Shown here: in pieces, positions 46,806-55,730 of the stretch
Numbering within the stretch: position 1 is the first letter of the stretch
How the letters are laid out: each line of letters opens with the position of its first letter
Origin: Candidatus Tenderia sp.
GTDB lineage: Bacteria; Pseudomonadota; Gammaproteobacteria; Tenderiales; Tenderiaceae
NCBI GenBank assembly: GCA_031416075.1
Contig: JANOSY010000014.1
Location: forward strand, 1-64,000
Length of the DNA: 64,000 bases
Direction of reading: 5' to 3'
The notes under the pieces: model-generated
What the model saw: the letters and a program-made list of their open reading frames with translations, nothing else
What the model was told of the DNA's origin: nothing
The model's database searches: none
Translations under genes and position numbers: made by a program

Positions 46806-47941
46806 GTTCTGTGCGGTGGTGGCTCGGAATATTACTGATTGTGGCCGGAGTGGCCGAAGCGCGTACGCTGCAGGTGGGACCTGGCAAGCAGTTCCTGTTT
46901 CCCAGTGTGGCGGCCCAGTTTGCCGAGGATGGTGATCTGATTGAGATTGACGCAGCGGGACTCTATCAAAATGACCATGTGGTCTGGCCGCAGAACAATA
47001 TCACCATCAAGGGTGTGAATGGTCGTCCACATTTGAAGAGCTTTGGTTTGATCCCGAACCAGAAGGGGGTATGGGTCATTCAGGGGAACGGTGTGACTGT
47101 GACCAATGTCGAGATCTCCGGTGCCAAGGTGAAAGATGGTAATGGCGCGGCTATCCGCCTGGAGGGGGAGAATTTCCACCTGTCCGACTGTTTAATCCAT
47201 AGTAACCAAAACGGTATTCTCGCTGGCATACGCCAACCCGACAGTGAAGTGTTAATTGAGCGCTGTGAATTTGCCTTTAACGGTGCGGGTGATGGATATA
47301 CCCATAATATCTACATTGGTGAGGTGGGTAAGTTTACCCTGCGTGACAGCTACTCCCACAATGCGTTGGTGGGCCAGAATGTAAAGTCACGGGCGAAAGA
47401 GAACTACATCCTCTACAACCGGCTGTTTGAAGGGACAACCAGTTATGCGGTGGACCTCTCAAACGGCGGCTATGGCTTGGTGATGGGGAATATTCTTTAT
47501 CAGGGGAAGGATACTGAAAACTGGACGCTGGTGACGTTTGGTCCAGAGGGGCTGAGCTATCCTGAGAACAAGCTGGAGGTGGTTTACAACACCTTTTTGA
47601 GTGAACGTGCCGGTGCTGGTGTCTTTGTGAAGGCCGCAGATAAGGCGGACGTGAAGATTATCAATAATATTTTTGGCGGTATTGCAGAGCTGTTTTTGGG
47701 TGATAAAAGCAGTGCGCGGATTGAAAATAATGTGCAGGAGAAGATGCCCTACGGTAGTTTCTCCCCCCAAGGGGTCACCTTAAGCGGTCTTGTGGCATCC
47801 AAGGTTATCGACATGGCTGTGCCGGTGGTTGATCTGCGTGGCGAGGCGCTGTTACCACTCCGGCAGACCATTGCCAGTGTTGTGGGTACTCGCAAACCCC
47901 TGGGCAAGGGGTTGGATATTGGCGCGCTGGAGTACCGTTAG
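46802..47941 (+). CDS. Exported right-handed parallel beta-helix protein
   Basis: Signal peptide (AEA-R); LQVGPGK, NGAAIR, NQNGIL, HNIYIG, KSRA, DIGALEY. Confidence 0.8.
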   Translation: MSSVRWWLGILLIVAGVAEARTLQVGPGKQFLFPSVAAQFAEDGDLIEIDAAGLYQNDHVVWPQNNITIKGVNGRPHLKSFGLIPNQKGVWVIQGNGVTVTNVEISGAKVKDGNGAAIRLEGENFHLSDCLIHSNQNGILAGIRQPDSEVLIERCEFAFNGAGDGYTHNIYIGEVGKFTLRDSYSHNALVGQNVKSRAKENYILYNRLFEGTTSYAVDLSNGGYGLVMGNILYQGKDTENWTLVTFGPEGLSYPENKLEVVYNTFLSERAGAGVFVKAADKADVKIINNIFGGIAELFLGDKSSARIENNVQEKMPYGSFSPQGVTLSGLVASKVIDMAVPVVDLRGEALLPLRQTIASVVGTRKPLGKGLDIGALEYR

Positions 47942-47968
47942 CGCGATTGCCAGGGTCTGTAACAGGCC

Positions 47969-49201
47969 CTAAAGCAGCAGTTCGCTGGCAGGCGGGTGAC
48001 TCAAAAACCTCTCCGGGCTAGCGCTCAGGCCATAGGCCCCTGACTGATAAATAGCCACCAGATCACCAACTTCCGTTTTGGGCAGCTCCATTTTGCTGGC
48101 CAGCAGATCGAGTGGTGTACAGAGTGGTCCCACAACCGTAACGTTTTCATGCTCCGTGCAATCCATGCGGTTGGCGATGGCGACGGGGTAGTTTTTGCGG
48201 ATGACCTGGCCAAAGTTGCCCGAGGCGGCAAGGTGGTGGTGCAGGCCGCCATCGGTCACAATAAACCGCTCCCCACGGGACTCTTTGATATCGATCACCC
48301 GACAGATATAGAGTCCCGCCTCGCCGACAATAAACCGTCCCAGCTCAGTGATGAGTGCTGTTTCGGGTAGTGACTTGCTGAAGGTTGCCATTAAACGTTC
48401 GAGGTTCTCACCAATGGGGCGCAGATCAAGTCGCTTTTCACCGGGAAAGTAGGGGATGCCTAGGCCGCCACCTATGTTTAAGTGGTGCGGCGGCTGCGGT
48501 GCTGTGTTGCTGAGGCGCAACGCCAGTGCCAGTGTCTTTTCGTGGGCTTCCATAATCGCTTCAGGATTGAGGTTTTGTGATCCCCAGAAGAGGTGAAAGC
48601 CGCGAAACTCCAGCGCCATCCCTGCCATCTCCCGCAACATGGCGGGTACCTGTTCCGCATCCACACCAAAAGGTTTGGGGCCGCCGCCCATCTTCATGCC
48701 GGAAGATTTCAGGTCGTAATCGGGGTTTACCCGTACTGCCACGCGGGGTGTAATGCCCAGCGCCATGCCTATCTGTGTGGCGCGGCGCATCTCGGTGACC
48801 GACTCAAGGTTGATGGTGATGGTTGCGGCGATGGCCTGGCGCAGCTCACGGTCAGTTTTGCCGGGACCGGCGATGCTGATTTTTTCTGCCGTCATGGTGG
48901 TATCAAGGGCCGTTTGCATCTCGCCAGCAGAGGCGAGGTCAAAACCATCCACCAGTGTTGCCAGGTGTTGTACAACGGCGGGCATGGGATTGGCCTTGAT
49001 GGCGTAGTGGAGTTTCAGTGCTGTTGGCAGGGCATCACGTAGGTACTGGATACGTTCGCTGATCAGACGGCGGTCGTAGGCGTAAAAGGGGGTCTGCCCA
49101 ACCCGTTCCGCCAGCTGTGTGATGGGCATGCCCCCCACCTGGAGTTCGCCGTTGATAGTGGGGAACTGTTCCATCGGCGCGTGTATGGGTCTCTCTTTCA
49201 C
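47969..49201 (-). CDS. Fold-type III PLP-dependent decarboxylase, exosortase A-associated (BtrK-like)
   Basis: YAIKANP (PLP Lys), ASAGE, NIGGG, ELGR, GPLCT, GAYG. Confidence 0.92.
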   Translation of the reverse strand: MKERPIHAPMEQFPTINGELQVGGMPITQLAERVGQTPFYAYDRRLISERIQYLRDALPTALKLHYAIKANPMPAVVQHLATLVDGFDLASAGEMQTALDTTMTAEKISIAGPGKTDRELRQAIAATITINLESVTEMRRATQIGMALGITPRVAVRVNPDYDLKSSGMKMGGGPKPFGVDAEQVPAMLREMAGMALEFRGFHLFWGSQNLNPEAIMEAHEKTLALALRLSNTAPQPPHHLNIGGGLGIPYFPGEKRLDLRPIGENLERLMATFSKSLPETALITELGRFIVGEAGLYICRVIDIKESRGERFIVTDGGLHHHLAASGNFGQVIRKNYPVAIANRMDCTEHENVTVVGPLCTPLDLLASKMELPKTEVGDLVAIYQSGAYGLSASPERFLSHPPASELLL

Positions 49202-49219
49202 AGGTCACTCATCCTTACA

Positions 49220-50800
49220 TCAGTCAAACAGATTCTGGTATTCGCCGCTGAGCAGTTTGCGGTCGATCTTACCGTTGGGGTTGCGAGGTAGGGCGTTGCG
49301 TTGCTCAATGGCGTGGGGCACCATAAAGTTAGGCAACTGCTGTTTGCAGTGGCTGATGATTTTGTCAGGCTCCAGCTCGCCGGCCTGATTGGCGGTGGCC
49401 ACCAACAGAATGGCTTGGCCGAGGGTGGGGTGGGGGATGCCCAAGGCTACCACTTCGCCCACCAGCTGGCTGGCGTAGATCACCTCTTCCACCTCGGTTG
49501 GGCTGACACGATAGCCGGAGGTTTTGATCATTTCGTCACGGCGCGCCACAAAATAGAGATACCCCTCATCATCCATTTTGACGGTATCACCCGACCAGAC
49601 CGCAATTTCGGTGAGGGTGAGCGCCGGATTTTGCCCGGGCAGCGGTTTAAAACGTTCGGCGGTTTTGGCCGGATCATTCCAGTAGCCCATGGCCACCAGT
49701 GCCCCCCGATGTACCAGCTCGCCCGGCTCACCCGGCGCACAGCCACTGCCATCTTCACGCACGACCATAATCTCAGCATTGGGGATCGCCTTGCCCATGG
49801 AGTCAGGGCGGTTGTCGATCTCCTCCGGCGGCAGATAGGTGGAGCGGAACGCTTCGGTCAGGCCATACATGAGGAAAAACCGGCTGTTGGGCAAGGAGGT
49901 ACGTAATCTGGCCAAGGTGGTTTTAGGCATTGCGCCACCAGAGTTGGTCATGTAACGCAGAGAACTAATCGCCTCTGCTGGCCACTCCAGCTCCGCCAGC
50001 TGGTTCCAGAGCGGTGGTACCCCGGCCAGACCGGTGATCTGTGCATTGGCCACCATCTTCACCACATCCCGTGGCAGCAGATAGTCCATCAGTACCGTGG
50101 TTGCGCCGGTATAAAAGGCGGTACTCAGCTGGCTGAAACCGTAATCAAAACTGAAGGGCAATACGGCGAGCAGGCGGTCTTCCGGGCTGTTGTGCAGATA
50201 CTCCGCCACACTTTTTGCCCCCGCCACCATGTTTTTGTGAGAGAGCACCACCCCTTTGGGTTTACCGGTACTGCCAGAGGTGTAGAGGATAGCGGCCATA
50301 TCGGCGTCAATCCGGCGGTGTGGCCGTCTGCCCGTACCTATTCCGCGTAGCACATCCCAGGCGAGGCAGTTCACGGGAGCGCCCTCTGGCAGGTTGGCAG
50401 CCGCACAGTTGACCACGATAATAGTGTGCAGATCGTGGCACTGTGGCAACATCTCTTTCAGCTGTTCATAACGTTCTTTGGCGGTGATCAGTATACGGAC
50501 ATTACAATCGGCCAGGATGTAACCAACCTGTGGGCTTTTGAGCAGTGGATTGATCGGTACAAATACCCCGCCTGCCTGGCTGATGGCAAAAAATGAGATG
50601 ACACTCTCGGGCAGCTTAGGCAGATAGATGGCCACCCGCTCGTCGCGCCCCAGACCGATATCGAGCAACGCCTGGGCAATAGACTCCACCTCAAGTGCCA
50701 GCGTTGCGTAACTGTACCGGCTGTTTTTATGTTGCAGCGCCACCTGTTCGGGGCGCTGCGTGGCGGAGTTTATAATCAGGTTGTGGAGTAGGTCAGTCAT
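49220..50800 (-). CDS. Adenylate-forming ligase, exosortase A-associated (TIGR03098-like)
   Basis: YTSGSTGKPKG, LPFSFDYG, YGLTE, SGD, IKTSGYRVSP, NPNGK; likely ATG at 50800. Confidence 0.93.
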   Translation of the reverse strand: MTDLLHNLIINSATQRPEQVALQHKNSRYSYATLALEVESIAQALLDIGLGRDERVAIYLPKLPESVISFFAISQAGGVFVPINPLLKSPQVGYILADCNVRILITAKERYEQLKEMLPQCHDLHTIIVVNCAAANLPEGAPVNCLAWDVLRGIGTGRRPHRRIDADMAAILYTSGSTGKPKGVVLSHKNMVAGAKSVAEYLHNSPEDRLLAVLPFSFDYGFSQLSTAFYTGATTVLMDYLLPRDVVKMVANAQITGLAGVPPLWNQLAELEWPAEAISSLRYMTNSGGAMPKTTLARLRTSLPNSRFFLMYGLTEAFRSTYLPPEEIDNRPDSMGKAIPNAEIMVVREDGSGCAPGEPGELVHRGALVAMGYWNDPAKTAERFKPLPGQNPALTLTEIAVWSGDTVKMDDEGYLYFVARRDEMIKTSGYRVSPTEVEEVIYASQLVGEVVALGIPHPTLGQAILLVATANQAGELEPDKIISHCKQQLPNFMVPHAIEQRNALPRNPNGKIDRKLLSGEYQNLFD

Positions 50801-50937
50801 ACAATATGGGTGCCGCATTCCATGTGAGTTGTTGGACCATAATCAGGCGTGGCTGCCATTATAGGCTATGCTGTTGGGCGAAAAAAACTATATCCCGTCA
50901 GAGGGGTGTGTCGGTTCGAATAGGCTCTTCTTGAGCG

Positions 50938-51756
50938 ATGAGCTTATTAATGGAGGGAATCTTGAAAACGAACATCAGAAACTACCTGCGTCATTTGTGG
51001 CTATTCATGCTTGGCTGTGGTGTGGCGGCACCGCTTTGGGCGGCGGATTACTCTGAGGCTGTTGCCGTCGTCAAACCCAGCATTGTGGCGATTGCCAGCC
51101 ATCAACCATTAAGGCAGCCAGCGTTAAGTTTTATAGGCACCGGGTTTATAGTGGCAGATGGTCGACATGTTGTGACCAATGCCCACAACATTCCCGCTTA
51201 CCTTGACTCCGATAAAAAAGAGAGTTTGATGATTGTGATCCCGGGGGTGGATGGTGATGATAAAAGTGTCCGTTTGGCGATCCTGGTCAGGCAGGACAAA
51301 CTGCATGATGTGGCCATCCTGAAGTTTGCAGATGCACCATTGCCAGCACTAAAGCTTGGCGACTCTGCAAAGGTTAAAGAGGGACAAGAGTACCTGATCA
51401 CAGGGTTTCCTATCGGTAGTGTTTTGGGTTACCACGCAGTGACACATAAATCGATGGTATCGGCTATTACCCCTGTGGTGCAGCCGGTGGATAATGCAAG
51501 CCAGATCAACCCACGGATGGTTAAACGGATGTTGACGGAGTTTAAAGTCTTTCAGCTTGATGCCATCGCCTATCCCGGCAATAGTGGTAGTCCCGTTTAC
51601 AACGTTGAGACTGGCGAGGTGGTGGGGATATTAAATAGCGTATTTGTGAAAGATACCAAAGAGAGTGTGATTGAAAAACCGAGTGGGATCTCCTACGCAA
51701 TCCCCGTGCAGTACATAAAACAGTTGATGATAGATTCTGGGGTGACCACGGAGTAA
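50938..51756 (+). CDS. Exported trypsin-like (S1) serine protease without PDZ domain
   Basis: Signal peptide; GTGF, TNAH, HDVAIL, PGNSGSP triad motifs; start may be TTG at 50962. Confidence 0.9.
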   Translation: MSLLMEGILKTNIRNYLRHLWLFMLGCGVAAPLWAADYSEAVAVVKPSIVAIASHQPLRQPALSFIGTGFIVADGRHVVTNAHNIPAYLDSDKKESLMIVIPGVDGDDKSVRLAILVRQDKLHDVAILKFADAPLPALKLGDSAKVKEGQEYLITGFPIGSVLGYHAVTHKSMVSAITPVVQPVDNASQINPRMVKRMLTEFKVFQLDAIAYPGNSGSPVYNVETGEVVGILNSVFVKDTKESVIEKPSGISYAIPVQYIKQLMIDSGVTTE

Positions 51757-52021
51757 CGGTGATGGGTGTTGGTAATAATGGCCCTGTTTTTGGCTAAAGC
51801 CCACAAACGGCTCATGGTTAATGGGGGTGAATTGTTCAATAATAGCCCGATTTTAGCCATTTATTGCCCCGGTGGTATGGCAAAAATGGGTCATAGTGAT
51901 ATCATCAACCCGGTAATTGGCCCCTGGGGAGGGGTTGATGAACGAATTTATTAAACACACAAAATTCACATATCCAATCGGGTAATGGATCTGTTTCGAG
52001 ATACCTCTAAGGGGAGAAAAT

Positions 52022-52672
52022 ATGAAGTTTGTAACAGCAAAGGCACGTTTTGCCGCAGTAGCGGTAGTCATGATGATGGGTGGTTATGCTGCCACCCTGC
52101 AGGCAGAGCCGATTGGCGACGCCGCGGCCGGTGAAGCAAAGGCCGGCTTGTGTGCCGGTTGTCATGGCGCGGATGGTAATAGTGAAGATGCGACATACCC
52201 ACGGTTAGCTGGGCAGTATGCCGGGTACATTGTTAAGCAGATTAAGGACTTTCAAAAGGGACACCGTACCAACAATGAGACGATGACTGGCATGGCGGCG
52301 ACGGTTGCCTCTGATGAAGATGCAAAAGATATAGGTTCCTATTTTGCCAAACAGAAGATGAAGGGTGCGCTGACCAAACCTACCAAAGAAAATATTGCGG
52401 CGGGTGAGAAGCTCTTCCGTGAAGGTAATGCGAAGAGCGGAGTATATGGCTGCATAAATTGCCATGGTGAGTCTGGCAAAGGAAAATCAGCATCGGTTTC
52501 TGCCTTCCCGGTCATTGGCGGTCAGCATCGTGACTATCTGATTAAGCAGTTGACCGAGTTTCGTGACGGCGCACGGGCTAATGATCCTGCCGGGATGATG
52601 TCAGGTGTGGCTAAAAATCTGACAGACAAGGAGATTCAGGCGCTGTCTGAGTATCTTTCTGGTCAGCTTTAA
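52022..52672 (+). CDS. Dihaem cytochrome c4
   Basis: Signal peptide; CAGCH and CINCH; PRLAGQ..Y..KQ; distal Met in each domain. Confidence 0.93.
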   Translation: MKFVTAKARFAAVAVVMMMGGYAATLQAEPIGDAAAGEAKAGLCAGCHGADGNSEDATYPRLAGQYAGYIVKQIKDFQKGHRTNNETMTGMAATVASDEDAKDIGSYFAKQKMKGALTKPTKENIAAGEKLFREGNAKSGVYGCINCHGESGKGKSASVSAFPVIGGQHRDYLIKQLTEFRDGARANDPAGMMSGVAKNLTDKEIQALSEYLSGQL

Positions 52673-52690
52673 CGTTTGTCCCTAGATAAT

Positions 52691-52723
52691 AAAAAAGCGG
52701 GCCATTAAATGGCCCGTTTTTTT
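52691..52723. terminator. Bidirectional intrinsic terminator between cytochrome c4 and argF
   Basis: aaaaaagcgggccat-taa-atggcccgttttttt. Confidence 0.88.
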
Positions 52724-52754
52724 ATTTGTCTTTTTTATAAACGGGTGTGGCTGT

Positions 52755-53672
52755 TTAATTGCGTGGGTTTACGGCCAGTAAAAACTCCAGCAACGCCTTT
52801 TGTGAGTGAAGCCGGTTTCCAGCTTCGTCCCAGACGACGCTCTGTGGTCCTTCCAATACCTCGTCACTGACCTCTTCACCTCGATGGGCGGGTAGGCAGT
52901 GCATAAAGAGGCAGTCGGGTTTGGCCAGTTTCATCAGTTTTCCCGTTACTTGATAGTCGGCAAAGGCACGTCGCCTGAGCGCCATCTCCTCCTCTTGCCC
53001 CATACTGCTCCAGACATCTGTCACGATTAGATCGGCGTTGTGGGCGGCCTCTTCTGGTGTGTCAGTGAGGGTGGCAGCACCTGCGGAAGCGTGTATCACC
53101 GCACCATCTGGCTCATAACCTTTGGGGGTGGCTATTTTTAAGTGGAAGCCAAACTGGCACGCTGCATTGATATAAGAGTGGCACATGTTGTGGCCATCGC
53201 CGATCCAGGCCACTGTTTTGCCCTGGATATCGCCACGTAGCTCAAAAAAGGTCTGCATGTCAGCAAGCAGTTGGCAAGGGTGATGAGAGTCGGTGAGGGC
53301 ATTGATCACCGGTACCTTGGAGTGTGCCGCAAACTGCTCAATCTTCTCATGTTCGAACGTACGGATCATGATGATATCAACCATCCGTGAGAGCACCCGG
53401 GCGGTATCCTCAACCGGTTCACCGCGGCCCAACTGGGTGTCGCGTGGCGAAAGAAATATGGCGTGACCACCGCTTTGGGCCATGGCCGTTTCAAAGGCAA
53501 CACGGGTGCGGGTGGATGATTTTTCGAAGATCATGCCAAGCACCCTGTTTTTGAGCGGCTCAAAGAGCTGGCCAGAGCGTTGGATGGCTTTCATCTCAAT
53601 GGCGCGCTTGATCAATCCCCGCAGTTCAGCGGGGGTAAAATCCATCAGGGTTAAAAAGTGACGGGTAGTCAT
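52755..53672 (-). CDS. argF: Ornithine carbamoyltransferase
   Basis: [36 protein letters not shown]. Confidence 0.97.
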   Translation of the reverse strand: MTTRHFLTLMDFTPAELRGLIKRAIEMKAIQRSGQLFEPLKNRVLGMIFEKSSTRTRVAFETAMAQSGGHAIFLSPRDTQLGRGEPVEDTARVLSRMVDIIMIRTFEHEKIEQFAAHSKVPVINALTDSHHPCQLLADMQTFFELRGDIQGKTVAWIGDGHNMCHSYINAACQFGFHLKIATPKGYEPDGAVIHASAGAATLTDTPEEAAHNADLIVTDVWSSMGQEEEMALRRRAFADYQVTGKLMKLAKPDCLFMHCLPAHRGEEVSDEVLEGPQSVVWDEAGNRLHSQKALLEFLLAVNPRN

Positions 53673-53691
53673 GAAAAAACCTTAAAAAACG

Positions 53692-54861
53692 TTAATCCCT
53701 TTGCTTGATAAGTGTGGCAAGGGTATCGACAATAGTGTCGATTTCGGTGGCTTCAATCACCAGAGGCGGCAGCAGGCGAATAACCCGCTCGGCGGTGACG
53801 TTGATCAGCAGCCCCTTCTCCAGGGCTTTGGGTACTAGATCGGCACAAGGCTCGGTTAGCTCAATGCCAACTATCAGTCCAAGGCCGCGTACTGTTTTGA
53901 CGTGTGCAGAGTCGCTGAGTGCATCTCTCAGGCCGGTTGTCAGCCGCTCACCCATTGTCTTAGCATTGCTGGACAGGTGGAGCCCCTCCATTTCACTGAT
54001 GACGGCCAAAGCAGCAGCACAGGCAAGTGGATTGCCACCAAAGGTGGAGCCATGGTTGCCCGGTTGGAAAAGGGTGGCGGCGTTACCCCGTGCCAAACAG
54101 GCCCCGATGGGCATGCCATTGCCCAGTGCCTTGGCCAGGGTCATCACATCGGGTTGGCTGTTGCCGTGCTGGTGGGCAAACCATTTGCCGGTCCGGCACA
54201 TGCCGGTTTGAATCTCGTCGAGCATCATCAGCCACCCATTTTTGTCGCAGAGGGCGCGAATTTTATCCAAATAGTCGTCTGCGGGGATGTATACACCACC
54301 TTCGCCTTGCACCGGCTCCACCAGGATAGCGACGATATCCTTGTTGTGGATAGCGATCTTCTCAAGCGCTTCGATATCATTAAAGGGTGCCCGTACAAAG
54401 CCTTGTACCAGGGGTTCAAAACCGGCCTGTACCTTGCGGTTGCCCGTGGCTGTGAGTGTTGCCAGGGTGCGACCATGGAAGCTGTTTTCCATCACGATAA
54501 CAGTAGGGTTGGCAACGCCTTTGTTGTGACCATAAAGCCGGGCCAGTTTGATGGCGGCTTCGTTGGCCTCGGCACCGGAGTTGCCGAAAAAGACGTTATC
54601 CATGCCAGAAATGCGTGTTAGCGCATCGGCCAGTTTGGCCTGATTGCCGATGCCATAGACGTTGGAGGTATGGACCAGTGTCCGTGCCTGGGCACAGATG
54701 GCGTCAGCCACTTTGACATTGGCATGCCCCAGGCTGCAGACAGCGATTCCGCTGAGCGCATCCAGATACCGTTTGCCTTCTGTGTCCCATAACCAGACCC
54801 CTTCGCCACGGGTAAAGGTCACCGGCAGGCGTTTGTAGGTGGACATCAGTGCGTTTGTCAT
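53692..54861 (-). CDS. argD: Acetylornithine aminotransferase
   Basis: NSGAEANE, FHGRT, EPVQGEGG, DEIQTG, LAKALG, HGSTFGGNP; adjacent to argF. Confidence 0.95.
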   Translation of the reverse strand: MTNALMSTYKRLPVTFTRGEGVWLWDTEGKRYLDALSGIAVCSLGHANVKVADAICAQARTLVHTSNVYGIGNQAKLADALTRISGMDNVFFGNSGAEANEAAIKLARLYGHNKGVANPTVIVMENSFHGRTLATLTATGNRKVQAGFEPLVQGFVRAPFNDIEALEKIAIHNKDIVAILVEPVQGEGGVYIPADDYLDKIRALCDKNGWLMMLDEIQTGMCRTGKWFAHQHGNSQPDVMTLAKALGNGMPIGACLARGNAATLFQPGNHGSTFGGNPLACAAALAVISEMEGLHLSSNAKTMGERLTTGLRDALSDSAHVKTVRGLGLIVGIELTEPCADLVPKALEKGLLINVTAERVIRLLPPLVIEATEIDTIVDTLATLIKQRD

Positions 54862-54873
54862 CTTTCGATCCCC

Positions 54874-54904
54874 AAAAACAAAAGCAGCCCAGTAACGGGC
54901 TGCT
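54874..54904 (-). terminator. Terminator-like hairpin between sodB and argD
   Basis: Minus strand agcagccc-gttact-gggctgct-tttgttttt, ending about 12 nt before the argD ATG. Confidence 0.6.
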
Positions 54905-54993
54905 CACAGCAAAAAGCTGATATTACTGTGATTTATGCTGCCAAGCAAATAACAGCTAAATCTGGCGGGACCGTGTTTGGCCCCTCTGTGCCG

Positions 54994-55578
54994 TTATGCG
55001 GCGAAATTTTTGGTCACAAACTCCCAGTTGACCAAGTTACCAAGGAATGTCTCAACAAACTTTGGGCGCATATTGCGGTAGTCGATGTAGTAGGCGTGTT
55101 CCCATACATCAACGCAGAGCAGGGGCTTGTCAGCGGTGGTCAGTGGGTTGCCAGCAGCACCCATGTTGACGATGTCGAGTGAGCCATCCGCTTTTTTCAC
55201 CAGCCATGTCCAGCCGGAGCCAAAGTTGCCTACAGCGGAGGTTTGGAAGGCTTTTTTGAACTCATCGATGCTGCCCCATTTTTTGTCGATGGCGGCTGCC
55301 AGCGCGCCGGTAGGTGTGCCGCCGCCGTTGGGTTTCATGCAGCTCCAGAAGAAGGTGTGGTTCCAGACCTGAGCGGCATTGTTGTAGATGCCACCAGAGG
55401 CTTTTTTGACGATATCTTCGAGTGACAGGTTCTCAAACTCGGTACCGGGGATCAGGTTGTTCAGGTTGGTAACATAGGCTTGATGGTGCTTGCCGTAGTG
55501 GTAATCAAATGTTTCAGCGCTCAGGTGTGGGGCCAGTGCGTCTTTGGCGTAAGGCAGTGCAGGCAGTTCATGTGCCAT
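54994..55578 (-). CDS. sodB: Fe superoxide dismutase
   Basis: [25 protein letters not shown] (Fe-type AAQ), [13 protein letters not shown]; ATG at 55578. Confidence 0.95.
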   Translation of the reverse strand: MAHELPALPYAKDALAPHLSAETFDYHYGKHHQAYVTNLNNLIPGTEFENLSLEDIVKKASGGIYNNAAQVWNHTFFWSCMKPNGGGTPTGALAAAIDKKWGSIDEFKKAFQTSAVGNFGSGWTWLVKKADGSLDIVNMGAAGNPLTTADKPLLCVDVWEHAYYIDYRNMRPKFVETFLGNLVNWEFVTKNFAA

Positions 55579-55730
55579 GGTATTTATGCTCCTAGCTGAT
55601 TTGGGTACAGGGTTGACAAAAATCGTTGGATTCAGTCTAAACGAGCACCAGCGGTAATGCAAGAAGCACCCCCGCTGGCCATTGTGCAGCAGTGTAGTCT
55701 ATTTTATGAACTTTGATACTATGGCTCGAT

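Noticed and set aside
47969-49201. Decarboxylase read as housekeeping lysA
   Set aside because: It is coupled to the adenylation enzyme, and the motifs (GMKMGGG, HHHLAASGNFGQ) match the exosortase-associated BtrK-like clade.
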